DNA of 64,000 bases from Eledone cirrhosa. Lineage: Eukaryota. The stretch's first letter is position 1, and each line of letters opens with the position of its first letter. Positions 11,696 through 24,023 of this stretch are shown here, piece by piece. A program made the translations under genes and the position numbers. The notes beneath the pieces were generated by a model. The model searched no databases. It had not been told where the DNA came from and saw only the letters and a list, made by a program, of their open reading frames with translations. The stretch spans positions 95,976,001 through 96,040,000 of the forward strand of contig OZ024745.1 in assembly GCA_964016885.1 (NCBI GenBank). Direction: 5' to 3'.

Positions 11696-11960
11696 AAATT
11701 ACCTTTTTATGATGTCTACCTGTTATTATTCATTCTTTATCTACACTCCGGAATACAGAAGGATCAGGAACTGAGTTTCTTCAACTATTCTTCGATAACT
11801 CGTTGAGTAACCCCTCACCGTACGTCAACTCTATCCAGTGTAGTAATTAACCATTACTGCATCCAGGATAATCCTAAGCATTTCTTGCATAACGTTTCGC
11901 TTATTTTTGACCTGCCGAAATACGAATCACGCTGAATTTATATTTATATATATATATATA

Positions 11961-12049
<89 letters not shown>

Positions 12050-12092
12050 ATGATAGACATAAAACATAGACATAAAACATATATATATATAT

Positions 12093-12196
12093 TTAATATA
12101 GAAATGGCTTCTACAGGACTAGAACTGTTTCATTTGGAGGATATCATCATTCCTGATGATTTCCTTCTAGTTCTGTAGAAGCCATTTCTACATTAA
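12093..12196. repeat. Inverted repeat (32-bp arms) centred on a broken hammerhead
   Basis: Arms 12093-12124 and 12165-12196; CTGATGAtttc at 12153 lacks GAAAC on plus; minus copy reads ATGATGA...GAAACAG-ttctagtc-CTGTA. Confidence 0.85.
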
Positions 12197-12278
12197 GTAT
12201 TTGTACTCTGCTATGTATTGAGTACCTTACTTACTGTGGTTACCCCCGATTGAACCAGGGATAAACATATATATATAT

Positions 12279-12397
12279 AGTTTTAATATAGATGAGATTC
12301 TACAGGACTAGAACTGTTTCATTCTTTAGAAATCATCAGGAATCATCTAAAGAATGAAACAGTTCTAGTCCTGTAGAATCTCATCTATATTAAAACT
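12279..12397. repeat. Perfect inverted repeat (52-bp arms, 15-nt spacer) centred on a hammerhead
   Basis: Arms 12279-12330 and 12346-12397. Confidence 0.95.
12296..12344 (-). ncRNA. Type I hammerhead related to the 310-bp array ribozyme
   Basis: Minus strand gattc-CTGATGA-tttct-aa-agaat-GAAACAG-ttctagtc-CTGTA-gaatc; helices I and III clean, helix II short. Confidence 0.85.
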
Positions 12398-12464
12398 TTT
12401 ATACTCTGCAATGTATTGAGTACCTTACTTACTGTGGTTACCTCCGATTCAACCCGGAATAACA

Positions 12465-12526
<62 letters not shown>

Positions 12527-12546
12527 ATATTAAATAAATGGAAACT

Positions 12547-12647
12547 ATATTTATAAAACCATATTTATTCTATTATATATATTTCAAGGGTACCAAAACT
12601 TTGGTACACTCTCATCAGATAAAATACAAAGTTTGTTTTATAAATAT
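12547..12647 (-). ncRNA. Type I hammerhead with extended helix I
   Basis: Minus strand tattttat-CTGATGA-gagtgtaccaaa-gt-tttggtaccctt-GAAA-TATATA-TA-atagaata; distal helix atatttataaaac/gttttataaatat after an internal loop. Confidence 0.85.
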
Positions 12648-12858
12648 TGACATAACGGTTCAAGTTTTTCCTGGAATAACTTGAACCGCTGGTGTGTCTC
12701 ACAACAATATTGCGCATCTATAATGTGCAATTGTTGCAAACTGACCAGCGAAACTGTACAGTCGGGACTTTGAAGAAAAAATAGGTATATATCTGTGTAT
12801 AATTTGTTATATATATATGTATGTATATATATATATATATATATACATATATATCATT

Positions 12859-13199
12859 TCATCATCATCATTTCATTTTACGTCCGCTTTTTCCCTGCTT
12901 GCAAGGGTGGGACGGGAACTGATACTGGCTTGATTTCTACAGCTGGATGCCCTTCCTAACACCAACCTCATTTACAGTGAGTGCTGGGTGCTTTTTTGCC
13001 GTGGCACCTCCACGACCACTTTGCAGTAGAATGATAGGGACCTCAGTCCCTATCATCTCATTTCTACAGCTGAGTAAACTGGAGCAATGTGAAATAAAGT
13101 GTCTTGCTCAAGGAAACAACACATCACCCGGTCTGAGAATTGAACTCACAACCTTTCGATTGCAAGGTCAATGCTCTAACCACTAAGCCATGTGCCTCC
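12859..13199 (-). mobile_element. tRNA-derived SINE family A with RTE-derived 3' tail
   Basis: Head tggcttagtggttagagc...gtgagttcaattctc; middle ccttgagcaagacacttt; tail shared with RTE LINE 3' ends in this window. Confidence 0.85.
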
Positions 13200-13457
13200 A
13201 TACATATATATAAATGTACACATATATATATATATATCACACATATATATATATATATCATCCTCATTTAACGTCTATCTTCCACGCTAGCATGGGTTTA
13301 GACGGGAATTGTCCCATTCGAGGCAAGATTGGTCGGGAGACCGTGTCTCGCTCATATAGGACTGTCTGGCAAGTTTTCTATGGCTGGATGCCCTTCCTAA
13401 CACCAACCACGTTGACAGTGTGGTCTGGGAGGTTTTTACCATGTTACCATTACAGCG

Positions 13458-13521
<64 letters not shown>

Positions 13522-14587
13522 CTGACATACACCTTGCTAGTTACTCAGAGTTGTCTGATGCTATTGATGCTATTGATGCTTCATATGTCTGGCTGACAAA
13601 CGAAAGAATAGGAGATAGAATGGGAGAGATATAAAGTGTGAAAGAAAGGCAAGACAATGCATAAAAGAAAGTGCAAAAAAGCTGGAGATTCATGGTAAGA
13701 TGTTATAATAATGTGTGACAGAGAGTAAGTAAAGTTAAAATGATGCTGAAAGTAAGTGGAAGTGTCAATAGAGGAATAAACACTGTAAATATGAAACACC
13801 TTTTCTATTACCTTCTTGGTGACTTTCATCTTTCTGGAGTTGATAAAATAAATACCAATCAAGTACTGCCAAATGTAATTGAGAATTCTCTCCTCTGAAA
13901 ATGTCTGGCTTTGTGCCTCTATAAAGAGTAATGCAAATGCAATTTTAAGTTAAAGAGAAATAAAGTATACAGACTGATATTTAAGGCAAAATTGAAAGAG
14001 TAAGAAACAGTGAGAAAGAAAGATAAAAAACAGTAAGAGAGGAAGATGAGTGAAGGTAAAGGTAGTAATAATATAGGTAGAGCAGTAAAATACATCGATT
14101 AAACATCATTGTAGTTATGGAGGAGTAGACACTAGCTACATACAAAAGAAAGAGGTGAAAGAACTGAAAATGTGATGAACAGTTGGAAGAGATGTAGAAA
14201 GCAATACAAAAAAGAAGTTGGGACATGCAAAGAAAAATACTTAAAAATATATAATAATAGTTTACAGCCCTGTTTCCAAGGAGTTCTTAACATGTTTGAA
14301 AAAAAGAATCTAACCAGAGATTTAATGTTTCAAACCCATAATGTAAAACAAAGTGCTTAAATAATAAATGAAACCAAAATAAAATAGTAATAATGTTATA
14401 GAGGGTTAATGTACATAGTTGAAATCTGCAATCAGCAGTCAGTCTATATCGATGAGGTTAATGTCCTACTGCTTGCCCTTGTCTTAATATATTGATATCA
14501 AAACAATATTGAAAGTAGAGCATAATAATCTAAATACAATGAAGCAAGATATTCGACTAAAACATGTGCTAATTTCCTAAAAGTTCC

Positions 14588-15062
14588 CAGCCCACACTGT
14601 AATTTGGTCATATAGGTACCATGACAAAGAGCAACCAGCCCACACTGTAAAGTGATCATGTAGGTATCATTACAAAGAGCATGCTGCCCACACTGTAAAG
14701 TGATCATGTAGGTATAATTACAAAGAGCATGCTGCCCACACTGTAAAGTGATCATGTAGGTATCATTACAAAGAGCATGCTGCCCACACTGTAAAGTGAT
14801 CATGTAGGTATCACGACAAAAAGCACCTAGCCCACACTGTTAGGTGGTCATGTAGGTACTGTGACAAAGAGCACCCAGCCCACACTGTAAAGTGATCATG
14901 TAGGTATCATTAAAAAGAGCACCTAGCCCACACTGTTAGGTGGTCATGTAAGTATCACAACAAAGAGCACCTAGCCCCCACTGTTAGGTGGTCATGTAGG
15001 TATCCCGATAAAAAGCACCCATCCCACACTGTAAAGTGGTCATGTAGGAATCATGACAAAAG
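14588..15062 (+). repeat. 48-bp minisatellite, about 10 copies
   Basis: Unit ccacactgtaaagtgatcatgtaggtatcattacaaagagcatgctgc; 16-aa periodicity in ORF 14498..14803. Confidence 0.93.
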
Positions 15063-15954
15063 AACCTTACATCAAGTTACTGATGTGATGAAACAATTGA
15101 TAATTGTAGTAAATCCCTCAAAATTCTTCAATAATTAATCAAAATAAAGAGTATTTCATTAGAAATGCTATCATGAAAGGGTTAAGAAATAGGTGGGACA
15201 CACTCACAAATGTTTAAAAATATATATGTAATATATTTTATTCTAGGGATTCTTTGCTCAGAGGCTAAGCTTAAACCTATACGCTATTTTTTACACACAC
15301 AGAATTAAAATAATTATAATGATGATATATAAATGTGTGGGCATATAAATACATATACACAGTCACTACACACACACACATGAAGGACATGGGAAGAATT
15401 CTTCAAATATAGAACATTTACTATTGTGTGTAGGTGAATGTATGTATCTATTTACAAACACACATATTTATATATCATTATCATAATTATTTTAATTCTG
15501 TTTTTCCATCCTGGCATGTATTAGTTGGCTATGTTTCAGTACTTTACACAAAATATTGATTTAAAAATATTATTCTTTATTGATGAGTAGTACATTTATT
15601 TTAGTATGTTTTTTTTTTCTATGTATTGATACCTTTCCTTTACTGCATAGATGGACCCTGTACATTTTATTATGTCACCATCACCAGAGAGACTGCTTGG
15701 CAAGAGTCAAATCACTCATGTACGGTTCATCAGTTTTTATTGAGAGTTGCCACTCTCCTAAATGGGTTGCCTTTACTGTGGAACTTGCATAGTTCATGTC
15801 TTGTGTCTCTTGCATTTTCATTTATATATATATATACTTGTGTAGGTATGTGTGTCTGTGTATATATATATTTCACTGGAAAACTGTTGTAAAGGTGATG
15901 ATGATAATGATGATGATGATGATGATGATGTTGTTATATATATATATATATATA

Positions 15955-16369
15955 ACATCATCATCATCATCATTATCATCATCATCTTTACAATCGTTTT
16001 CCACTCTTGCAAGGGTTGGACAAGTCTTTCTCAACAGCATCTCTCTCCTCAATTGTTCCTTCATCATTTCCTCTTTGAGTCTCAGTAATTTGAGGTCAAC
16101 TCTCACCATCTCTGCCCAGGTCTTTCTTTGTCTACCACTACTGTGGATTCCTTCTACTGGGGTACCTTGGCACTTCTTCACCCACCAATCATCATCTATG
16201 CTCAACACAGGTCTGTACCAATGCAGTCTTTTCTCCTGTACACCACCTCAGATTTCTCTTAAACCCAGCTTCTCCCTCAGCTCGTTCAAGCTCTACCTTT
16301 CTCTTATATTTACATTGCACATCCAATGAAGCATGGTTGCTTCATTTCTCTCCAGTCTACAAATGTCCT

Positions 16370-16370
<1 letters not shown>
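15955..16370 (-). mobile_element. RTE LINE 3' fragment
   Basis: WVKKC...GRQRKTWAEMV, homologous to ORF 16457..16714; (GAT)n tail. Confidence 0.85.
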
Positions 16371-16438
<68 letters not shown>

Positions 16439-16440
16439 TA

Positions 16441-19400
16441 CATCATCATCATCATTTTACGTCCGCTTTTCCCTGCTTGCAAGGATGGGATGGGTCCTAT
16501 TCAGCACAGCATCTCTCCACTTGTCAAGGTCCTTCGTCATCTCCACTATGAGCTTCAGCGATCTGAGGTCTGTTCTCACCACCTCCGCCCATGTTTTTCG
16601 TGGTCTTCCTCTACTATATCTTCCTTCAACTGGCATTTCTTGGCACTTCTTCACCCATCGGTCATCCTCCATGCGCATCACATGTCCATACCATCGCAGT
16701 CTCCTTTCTCGCACACTTCAATCTATCCCTCTCAGAGACAGTTTCTCTCTCAACACACCATGCTCGGTCGTTCACGCACATTGACATTGCACATCCAACG
16801 GAGCATGTTTGCCTCATTTCTCTCCAGCCGTTGCATATCCTCTGCAGTTGCTGCCCATGTCTCACTACCATGCAGCATCACGCTCCTCATACAGGCATCA
16901 TATAACCGGCCTTTCGTATGCAGAAAGAAACCCTTCTTCGTTAGCCGAGAAAGTAGCTGCCTAAACTTCTTCCAACCCGTCCTTATTCTAGATACTATGG
17001 CCTTGGAACACCCCACCCTCCCATGCTAATCTGATCTCCTAGATACCCGAAGCTATCAACCACTTCTATAGCACACACCTGCATTTGAAAAATGTGTCTA
17101 TCAATGCGACTTCTACTGTCTAATTTCCCTGTACATCTACTGTATACGTATTTCTCCCTACCTGTTAGTTTGCCTGCTATCCCACTACATCTCTTGTGTA
17201 CCCAAGATCTGCATTGTGTGCATTTTATAGAATTTATGCCAGTTCCTTTTCTGCATATTAAACATGGCCATTTCCCTGACGGAATCAGGGTTTTGTCCTC
17301 TTTTCTACTCATCAACACTTTTGTCTTAGCTAGATTCACTCTCAGTCCTCTTGCTTCCAACTGCTGTTTCCATAGCCAGAATTTATTCTCTAGCTCCTCT
17401 ACTGATTATGCTATAAGAACCAGATCATCAGCATAGAAAAGTTCCCATGGACAGCCAGTCTTAAACTCCTCTGTTATGGCTTGGAGGACTATAATGAACA
17501 AGAGCAGGCTGAGGACCGAACCCTGATGTACCCCTACATGTATCTGGAATTCCTCACTAAACTCCATTCCTACCCTCACTCTACTGACAGCACCTCTGTA
17601 CAAAGTTTGCACTGTCCTCACAAGCCATTCCTCAACACCTAGTTTCCTTAGGGACCACCAGATGACAGATCGGGGTACCCTATCAAAGGCCTTCTCTAGG
17701 TCAACAAAAGCTAAGTATAGTGGCTTATTCTTCTCTAAGAACCTCTCTTGTAATTGTCTCACCAAGAAGAGGGCATCTGTTGTACTTTTCCCAGGCACAA
17801 AACCAAACTGCATCTCATCTAGTTTGACCCTTTCTCTAATTAGTTGTGCTAATATCCTTTCTGCCACTTTCATAACTTGATCCATCAGTTTTATACCCCT
17901 ATAATTGCTCCTCTCCAGAGCATCCCCTTTACCTTTGTAGCAATTTATAAGAATATTGTTGCACCAGTCTTTGGGTATGACACCACCATATATAGCCTGA
18001 TTGATGATGCGTCCAACCAGTTTAGTGCCTACGTCCCCTGATGCCTTCAGCAGCTCAGCAACTATCCCCGACAGTCCAGCGGCCTTACCATTTTTTATTT
18101 CCTTAATCGCTTCTTGGACCCTATATTCATCAATCTCAATAGCTGGTTCTTCTGTCGGATCTACTGAGGGTAATTTCTCTCTCTCCCATTCGTTCTCCAC
18201 ATTCATCAGTATCTCATAATGACATTTCCAGGCCTCCTTTTTCTGATCATTCGTGACACTAAGTACACCGGCATCATTCCGGACACATTTATCTCCAACA
18301 ACATCCTGATTTGCATTGACACACTGCCTTGCAATGTGGAACACCACACGTCTCTGATCTTCCCATTGCAGAACATTGGCAAACTTCCTACTCTCAGCCT
18401 CCCTGCATGCTAAATACACCTGACGCCTGACTTCTCTCTTAGCGGCTGTATATCCTTCCCTACTCCCACCCTTTTTTTCCAAGCCTTCCATGCTAGTCTT
18501 TTGTCTCTAATGGCCCTATCTACCGTGCTGTTCCACCACCAGGTCACTCTCTGTCTGGTTGAAGCTCTGCTCCAGCCATAAGTTTCATCAGTAGCCTGCA
18601 GTAAGTTGTCACGTATGAAATTCCAGTTATCATCTATGTCATACGACTCTAAATCGTCTTCTTTTTTGTCATACACATCTTGAAGGGCTTTCCTAAATTT
18701 GTATTTTAGTGAAAGGTCTTTCAGCTTCCAGACCTTTCTTCTCCACACCTTTCTGTATGTCTCATTCCATCTCTTGCTTACTGAGATATCACTAACGATT
18801 AACCTATGCTGTGGGGTACATTCTTCCCCAGGGTATGCCTTGGTATTTGACACCACCTGCATGTCCCGCTGCCTAACTAGTAAGAAGTCAATCTGGCTTA
18901 TGTGCTCACCTGATTTGTAGGTTATTAGGTGGTTGGCAGGTTTCTGGAAGTTAGTGTTGTAAATAGTCAGTGTACTTGCATCACAAAATTCAAGAAGTCT
19001 CACTCCTTCTTCATTTCTTGAGCCATAACCGTGCCCACCATGTACCCCAGTGTAACCATCCTGGACCTGTCCAACATGACCATTGAAGTCCCCTGCTAGC
19101 ATAATGATGTCTCCATCCTCTGTCATTGTGGCTGTTTGTAAAAGTTGCTCATAAAAGCAACCTTTCTCTTCTTTACCTAGGCCTGCTTGGGGAGCATAGG
19201 CAGAGATGATTGTCAGTAGTCTCCTGCCTACAACTAATCTAAGCTTAATTATTCTATTATTAACTCGAACTACCTCTATTGTCTTATTGATCCATCTCTC
19301 AGCCAGGAAAATGCCTACTCCCCCTAACCCATCATTCTTACCTACCCAGAAAAGCTTATAACTAAGATGTTTGCCTGTGATCAGTCTCATAGAGGCACCT

Positions 19401-19710
19401 CTCCATCTCACCTCTTACACGCAGCACACATCCACATGCCTTCTCTCCAGCATCTCTGCTATTTCACAAGATCTACCTATGAGAGTGCCAACATTAAGTG
19501 CTGCAACTCTGAGATGCGACGTCTTCATATTTTTGTTGTATCTTTTCCTGTAGTGCGATTGCTTGAAGACGGTCGGGGGGTTCTCACACATGGCCGCACC
19601 AGCCACCCCACTACCGTGTGCAGCACTAACATGGTTAGTGCTTTTGCTGTTTACGCAGTTATTGCAATATATATTTGTTGCTGTGCTCATAATTGTTTTG
19701 GCATTAATAC
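16441..19710 (-). mobile_element. Near full-length RTE (BovB-like) LINE, frameshifted
   Basis: APE endonuclease (LNVGTL, SAYAPQ, GDFNGHVG, IDF..QHRL); RT (FVDLEKAFD, GVHQGSVLS, YADD); Cys/His cluster CxxC..CxxC..HKRC; GRPRKTW; (GAT)n tail; 5' boundary approximate. Confidence 0.93.
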
Positions 19711-19849
19711 ACTGGTTTGATGTATATATATATATGTGTGTGTGTGTGTGTATACGTATATATATATATGTGTGTATATATGTATATATATATATGTGTA
19801 TATGTGTGTATATATGTATATATATATATATATCATTATCATCATAAGA

Positions 19850-20017
19850 GTGGATTGGCAGTATCGGTAGAGGGTCAGATGCCATGCTCCGTTTATGGAC
19901 TGAGTTCAAATCCTGCCGAGGTTAATTTTGCCTTTCATCCTTACGGGGTCGATAAAATAAAGTACCAGTAATGTACTGGGTAATTGCTGGCCTTGTGCCA
20001 AAAAGTAGAAACAATTA
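19850..20017 (+). mobile_element. tRNA-derived SINE family B
   Basis: Same consensus as 9489-9681. Confidence 0.8.
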
Positions 20018-20109
20018 TCATCATAAGAGTCAACGGCCATCCAAAAATGTGTAAATATGTATATACACATGTCCATATGTATGTGTATGTATATACGTGT
20101 GTATATGCC

Positions 20110-20720
20110 TGGGGTGTCAGGGAGCGGCATATATCTCTGTAGGGGTGGCTAGCCATGCCCTTTTCAGGACAGCTTGTCGTGCATTGGGTCCCACCTGACA
20201 CTCAGCTCTCACTTGTGGCCCCAAGAAGCTGTAGTATGTGACAGCGGCCACACCCCGCTAAACCGCCTTGGCTGGCGGGCCGAACCAGATTGAGGGTAGC
20301 CGGATGGGTCTGAAATCCCCCGGTGAGTTAGATAGGGGATGCCTGCCCCTGCATGCGAAGACTGGACCCAGTGGAGTGAGTGGAGGAGGACAACATCGTC
20401 CCAACAGTCACGAAGGTGGTGACAGCAAGCGGTGTGGAGTGCTAGGGCACGGCATGGCACTACAGACGTCGTGGCCATCCACTGCAGCCAAGGAAGTCCC
20501 TGGTCGTGATGGTCCTCCGTACCACTGGATTCTGGCTTCTGCGGCCGAGTGAGTGGGACCATCACTGTGCACTGGCCCTCCCACTATAAACCTTTCCCAC
20601 ACAGGTTTCTTCTTTAGTGTGTCCCCGGACCTGCATATCAAGGATCGGCCTATACAGCCACCTTCCTGCCTTCGGCAGACGGGAACAACAATGAAAAAGA
20701 TGACATCATCGTTTATGATG
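20110..20720 (+). mobile_element. GC-rich segment resembling an RTE-type LINE 5' UTR
   Basis: GC island in AT-rich DNA with nested stems (gtggcc/ggccac, gctgt/acagc, ccgcc/ggcgg); family assignment from recalled resemblance only. Confidence 0.45.
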
Positions 20721-21301
20721 GACAACCAAGATCATCATCGACATTTAACATCCATTTTCCATGCTAGCATGGGTTAGATGAGTTGTCCCATTGTGAGACA
20801 AGGCAGAACAGATGACCATGTCTTGCTCATGCAGAACTGTTTTTAGCTTGGTTTCTACAGCTAGATGTCCTTCCTAATGCCAACCACATTTACAGTGTCA
20901 AAAGTGAATGAGACAGAGGGAGGGAAATACTAGTTGCAGACTAGTGTCCTCTACGTGTTTCATTGTGTGCATATGTATATAATAAAAATATGGCAGGGTT
21001 TCACAAATGCAATACAGTGAAATGGAAATATTTGATCAATTGATATCATGCAAGCAATAAGTAGATAAAAATTGCTCTTAGGTATGTTTAAAATCTAAAA
21101 AAAAAATAATAAACAAGAAAAAGAGATAATAGTTACAATAAATTCAGCTCATCAAAGTTTTTGCAGATTAGAGTTGATCTGGTCTTTAATGCCAACTAGT
21201 GAAAGCAATGGCTCTGTTTTGATCTCATTAGATTACCTCAGTGAATCATACCTGTTGTTTTCACCAGCCAGATTTATTTGCATATGCAATATTGTCTAAA
21301 T

Positions 21302-21620
21302 CAGGGGTATGCAACGTACTCCACTGGCGGGCCAATTTTGAACATTGGAACAACTATTAGGGCCATTAATATTTATTAAGCACTATTCCAAAGATTCACC
21401 ACAACTTCTTTCTATAATATGGAACTGGGAAATTATAACACACATAACCGTGTCAGTGAAGCCCTTTAGTATAGGTCAACTAACAGAAAATTGTATTACG
21501 GTTACAAAAAAAATTCCAAATAAGCCTACAAGGTAAAAATTTAAAACGGTCATCGCAGGCCACTCTGACTGGTCTGACGGGCCGGATTGTGGCCTGCGGG
21601 CTGCCTGTTGCGCACCCCTG
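21302..21620. mobile_element. hAT (Charlie-like) MITE
   Basis: TIRs caggggtatgcaac/gttgcgcacccctg; perfect 8-bp TSD gtctaaat at 21294-21301 and 21621-21628. Confidence 0.92.
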
Positions 21621-21786
21621 GTCTAAATAATCAACAGATCTTTGCCCATGTTGTAAGATGGCTGACTACCAAGTGCTTTCTCTTTGGTCTAGTATTTTCT
21701 CATTTTCTTTCTTTTCTTACTCTCGTCTATCTTTCAATTTCTGCTGCTCTCTCCCAAACATTCCCTCTCCTCTTTTTTCATTCCAT

Positions 21787-21820
21787 CATCTGATGAAAGA
21801 TAAGCCTTCGAAACATTCAG
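21787..21820 (+). ncRNA. Decayed minimal PLE-type hammerhead
   Basis: CTGATGA-aag-ataagc-ctt-c-GAAAC-attc; helices I and III eroded. Confidence 0.4.
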
Positions 21821-22240
21821 AATTTTTTCCATCTAAATCAAGTGTTAAACTAATATATAGTAATCATATTATACTGTCCTCCTGTTTTTATTTTCCTTGT
21901 TGAGTTTTCTTATGTATATGTATGTGTGTGTGTTTATATGTATATTTGTATATATGTGTATGTGTGTAAAGTAAATTTGTATATGTATGTATATATGCAT
22001 GTATGTGTGTGTGTGTGTATATGAATGTATATATGTATGTGTGTATATATGTCACATATGTACGCACATTGTTTATGCTGGCCAACTCTCTTTTAAACAC
22101 ACAAGCTGAGAGATGATGGCACCTCTGAATGCTGGCAGCTAAGATACATACAGCTAAGATATCATATTTTATTTATTGTTATCTATATATTCTTTCCAAC
22201 ATCGTAAATAATTTTATATTTCTAAGAAAGACAACCTTAT

Positions 22241-22327
<87 letters not shown>

Positions 22328-22346
22328 ATATAGATATATAGATATA

Positions 22347-23930
22347 TAGGAGTAGATGAATGGCTTGTGAAAGTTAGGAGTAGATGAATGGCTTGTGAAA
22401 GCTAGGAGTAGATGAATGGCTTGTGAAAGCTAGGAGTAGATGAATGGCTTATGAATGGCTTGTGAAAGCTGTACAAGCCATGTATAGGGGAGCAGTCAGC
22501 AAAGTTAGGATTAGGAATGACTATAGCGAGGAATTTAGCGTACAGGTCGGTGGCCACCAAGGCTCTGTTCTTAGCCCTCTCCTGTTCATCATAGTTCTGC
22601 AGGCAATAACGGAGAAGTTTAAGACCGGATGCCCATGGGAACTCCTGTATGCAAATGACCTCGCACTTTTAGCTGAATCTATGGTAGAACTAGAGAAGAA
22701 ATTCCAAACTAGGAAGCAGGGACTAGAGAGAAAGGATCTCAGGGTCAACCTGACAAAGACTAAGGTCCTTGTAAGTAGACAAGAAAACAGAACCCAGATC
22801 CCCTCAGGGAAATGGCCTTGCTCAGTATGTAGGAAAGGTGTAGGTAGGAACTCCATTCTCTGCCCCAAATGCAAACAATGGGTACACAAGAGATGTAGCA
22901 GGGATCTCAGGAAGCTTAACTAAGAATGTAGGCTTCACATGTAGCAGCTGTGCTGGGACAGCAAGCAGCAAACAGCCACAGGAAACAAGTACCACCAAAC
23001 TCTGGGAGGGCTCTGTAGAAACAGTAGACAGCTTCTGCTACCTAGGTGACCGAATTAGCAACGGAGGTAGGTGTTCGGAGAGTACAATAACTAGGGTAAG
23101 AACGGGATGGAAGAAGTTTAGGGAGTTACTGCCACTGCTAGTTGCAAAAGGCTTTTCCCTCAAAATGAAAGACAGACTGTATGATGTGTGTATACGAACA
23201 GCAATGTTACATGGTAGTGAGACCTGGGTGTTGTCTGTAGAAGACTTGTATAGATTAGAAAGAAATGAAGCCTGCATGCTCCGATGGATGTGTAATAGTA
23301 ATATACACAAACGGCAAAGCATAAATGAATTGAGAGAGGGACTAAGCATAAGAGGAATCAAATGCTGTGTGCAGGAGAGGTGGTTGCTTTGGTATGGACA
23401 TGTGATGCGTATGAAGGATGACAGCTGCATAAAAAGGTGCAGAACACTAGAAGGCAATGGAATCTGCGGAGTGGGGAAACCCAAGAAGACCTGGGATGAG
23501 GTGATAAAAGCCGACCTTACCCAATTACACCTCTCAAAGGTGATGACACACGACCGTGACTTCTGGCGTCACGCAGTAATACAGAAGACCCGAACCCCTA
23601 CAGGTACAAGCCGAAGCTGAAGCATATAGACAATATGCCCCACACCCTCCTACTGCAAAGTGGTCGTGGAGGTGCCATGGAAAAAAAGCACCCAGCCCAC
23701 ACTGTAAAGTGGACGTGTAGGCGCCACGAAAAAGCACCCAGCACTCACTGTTAATGAGGTTGGTGTTAGGAAGGGCATCCAGCTGTAGAAATCAAGCCAG
23801 AATCAGTTACTGTATGAGCAAGGCATGGTCAGCCGACTGGACACTGCCCACAACAGGACAACCCGTCTAACCCATGCTAGCGTGGAAGAACGGACATAAA
23901 ACGGTGATGATAATGATGATGATGATGATA
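22347..23930 (+). mobile_element. 5'-truncated RTE LINE with 3' UTR and (GAT)n tail
   Basis: ORFs 22444..22923 and 23165..23620 match the family at 16441-19710; 28-bp tandem repeats at the 5' junction. Confidence 0.92.
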
Positions 23931-23951
23931 TATATATATACATATATACAC

Positions 23952-23988
<37 letters not shown>

Positions 23989-24023
23989 CATATATACACA
24001 TATATATATATATATACATATGT

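Larger units (their letters stand above)
11169..11740. repeat. Long inverted repeat (199-bp arms, 174-bp spacer) next to (TA)n; PLE pLTR-like module
   Basis: Arms 11169-11367 and 11542-11740 are near-perfect reverse complements (about 3 differences seen). Confidence 0.95.
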
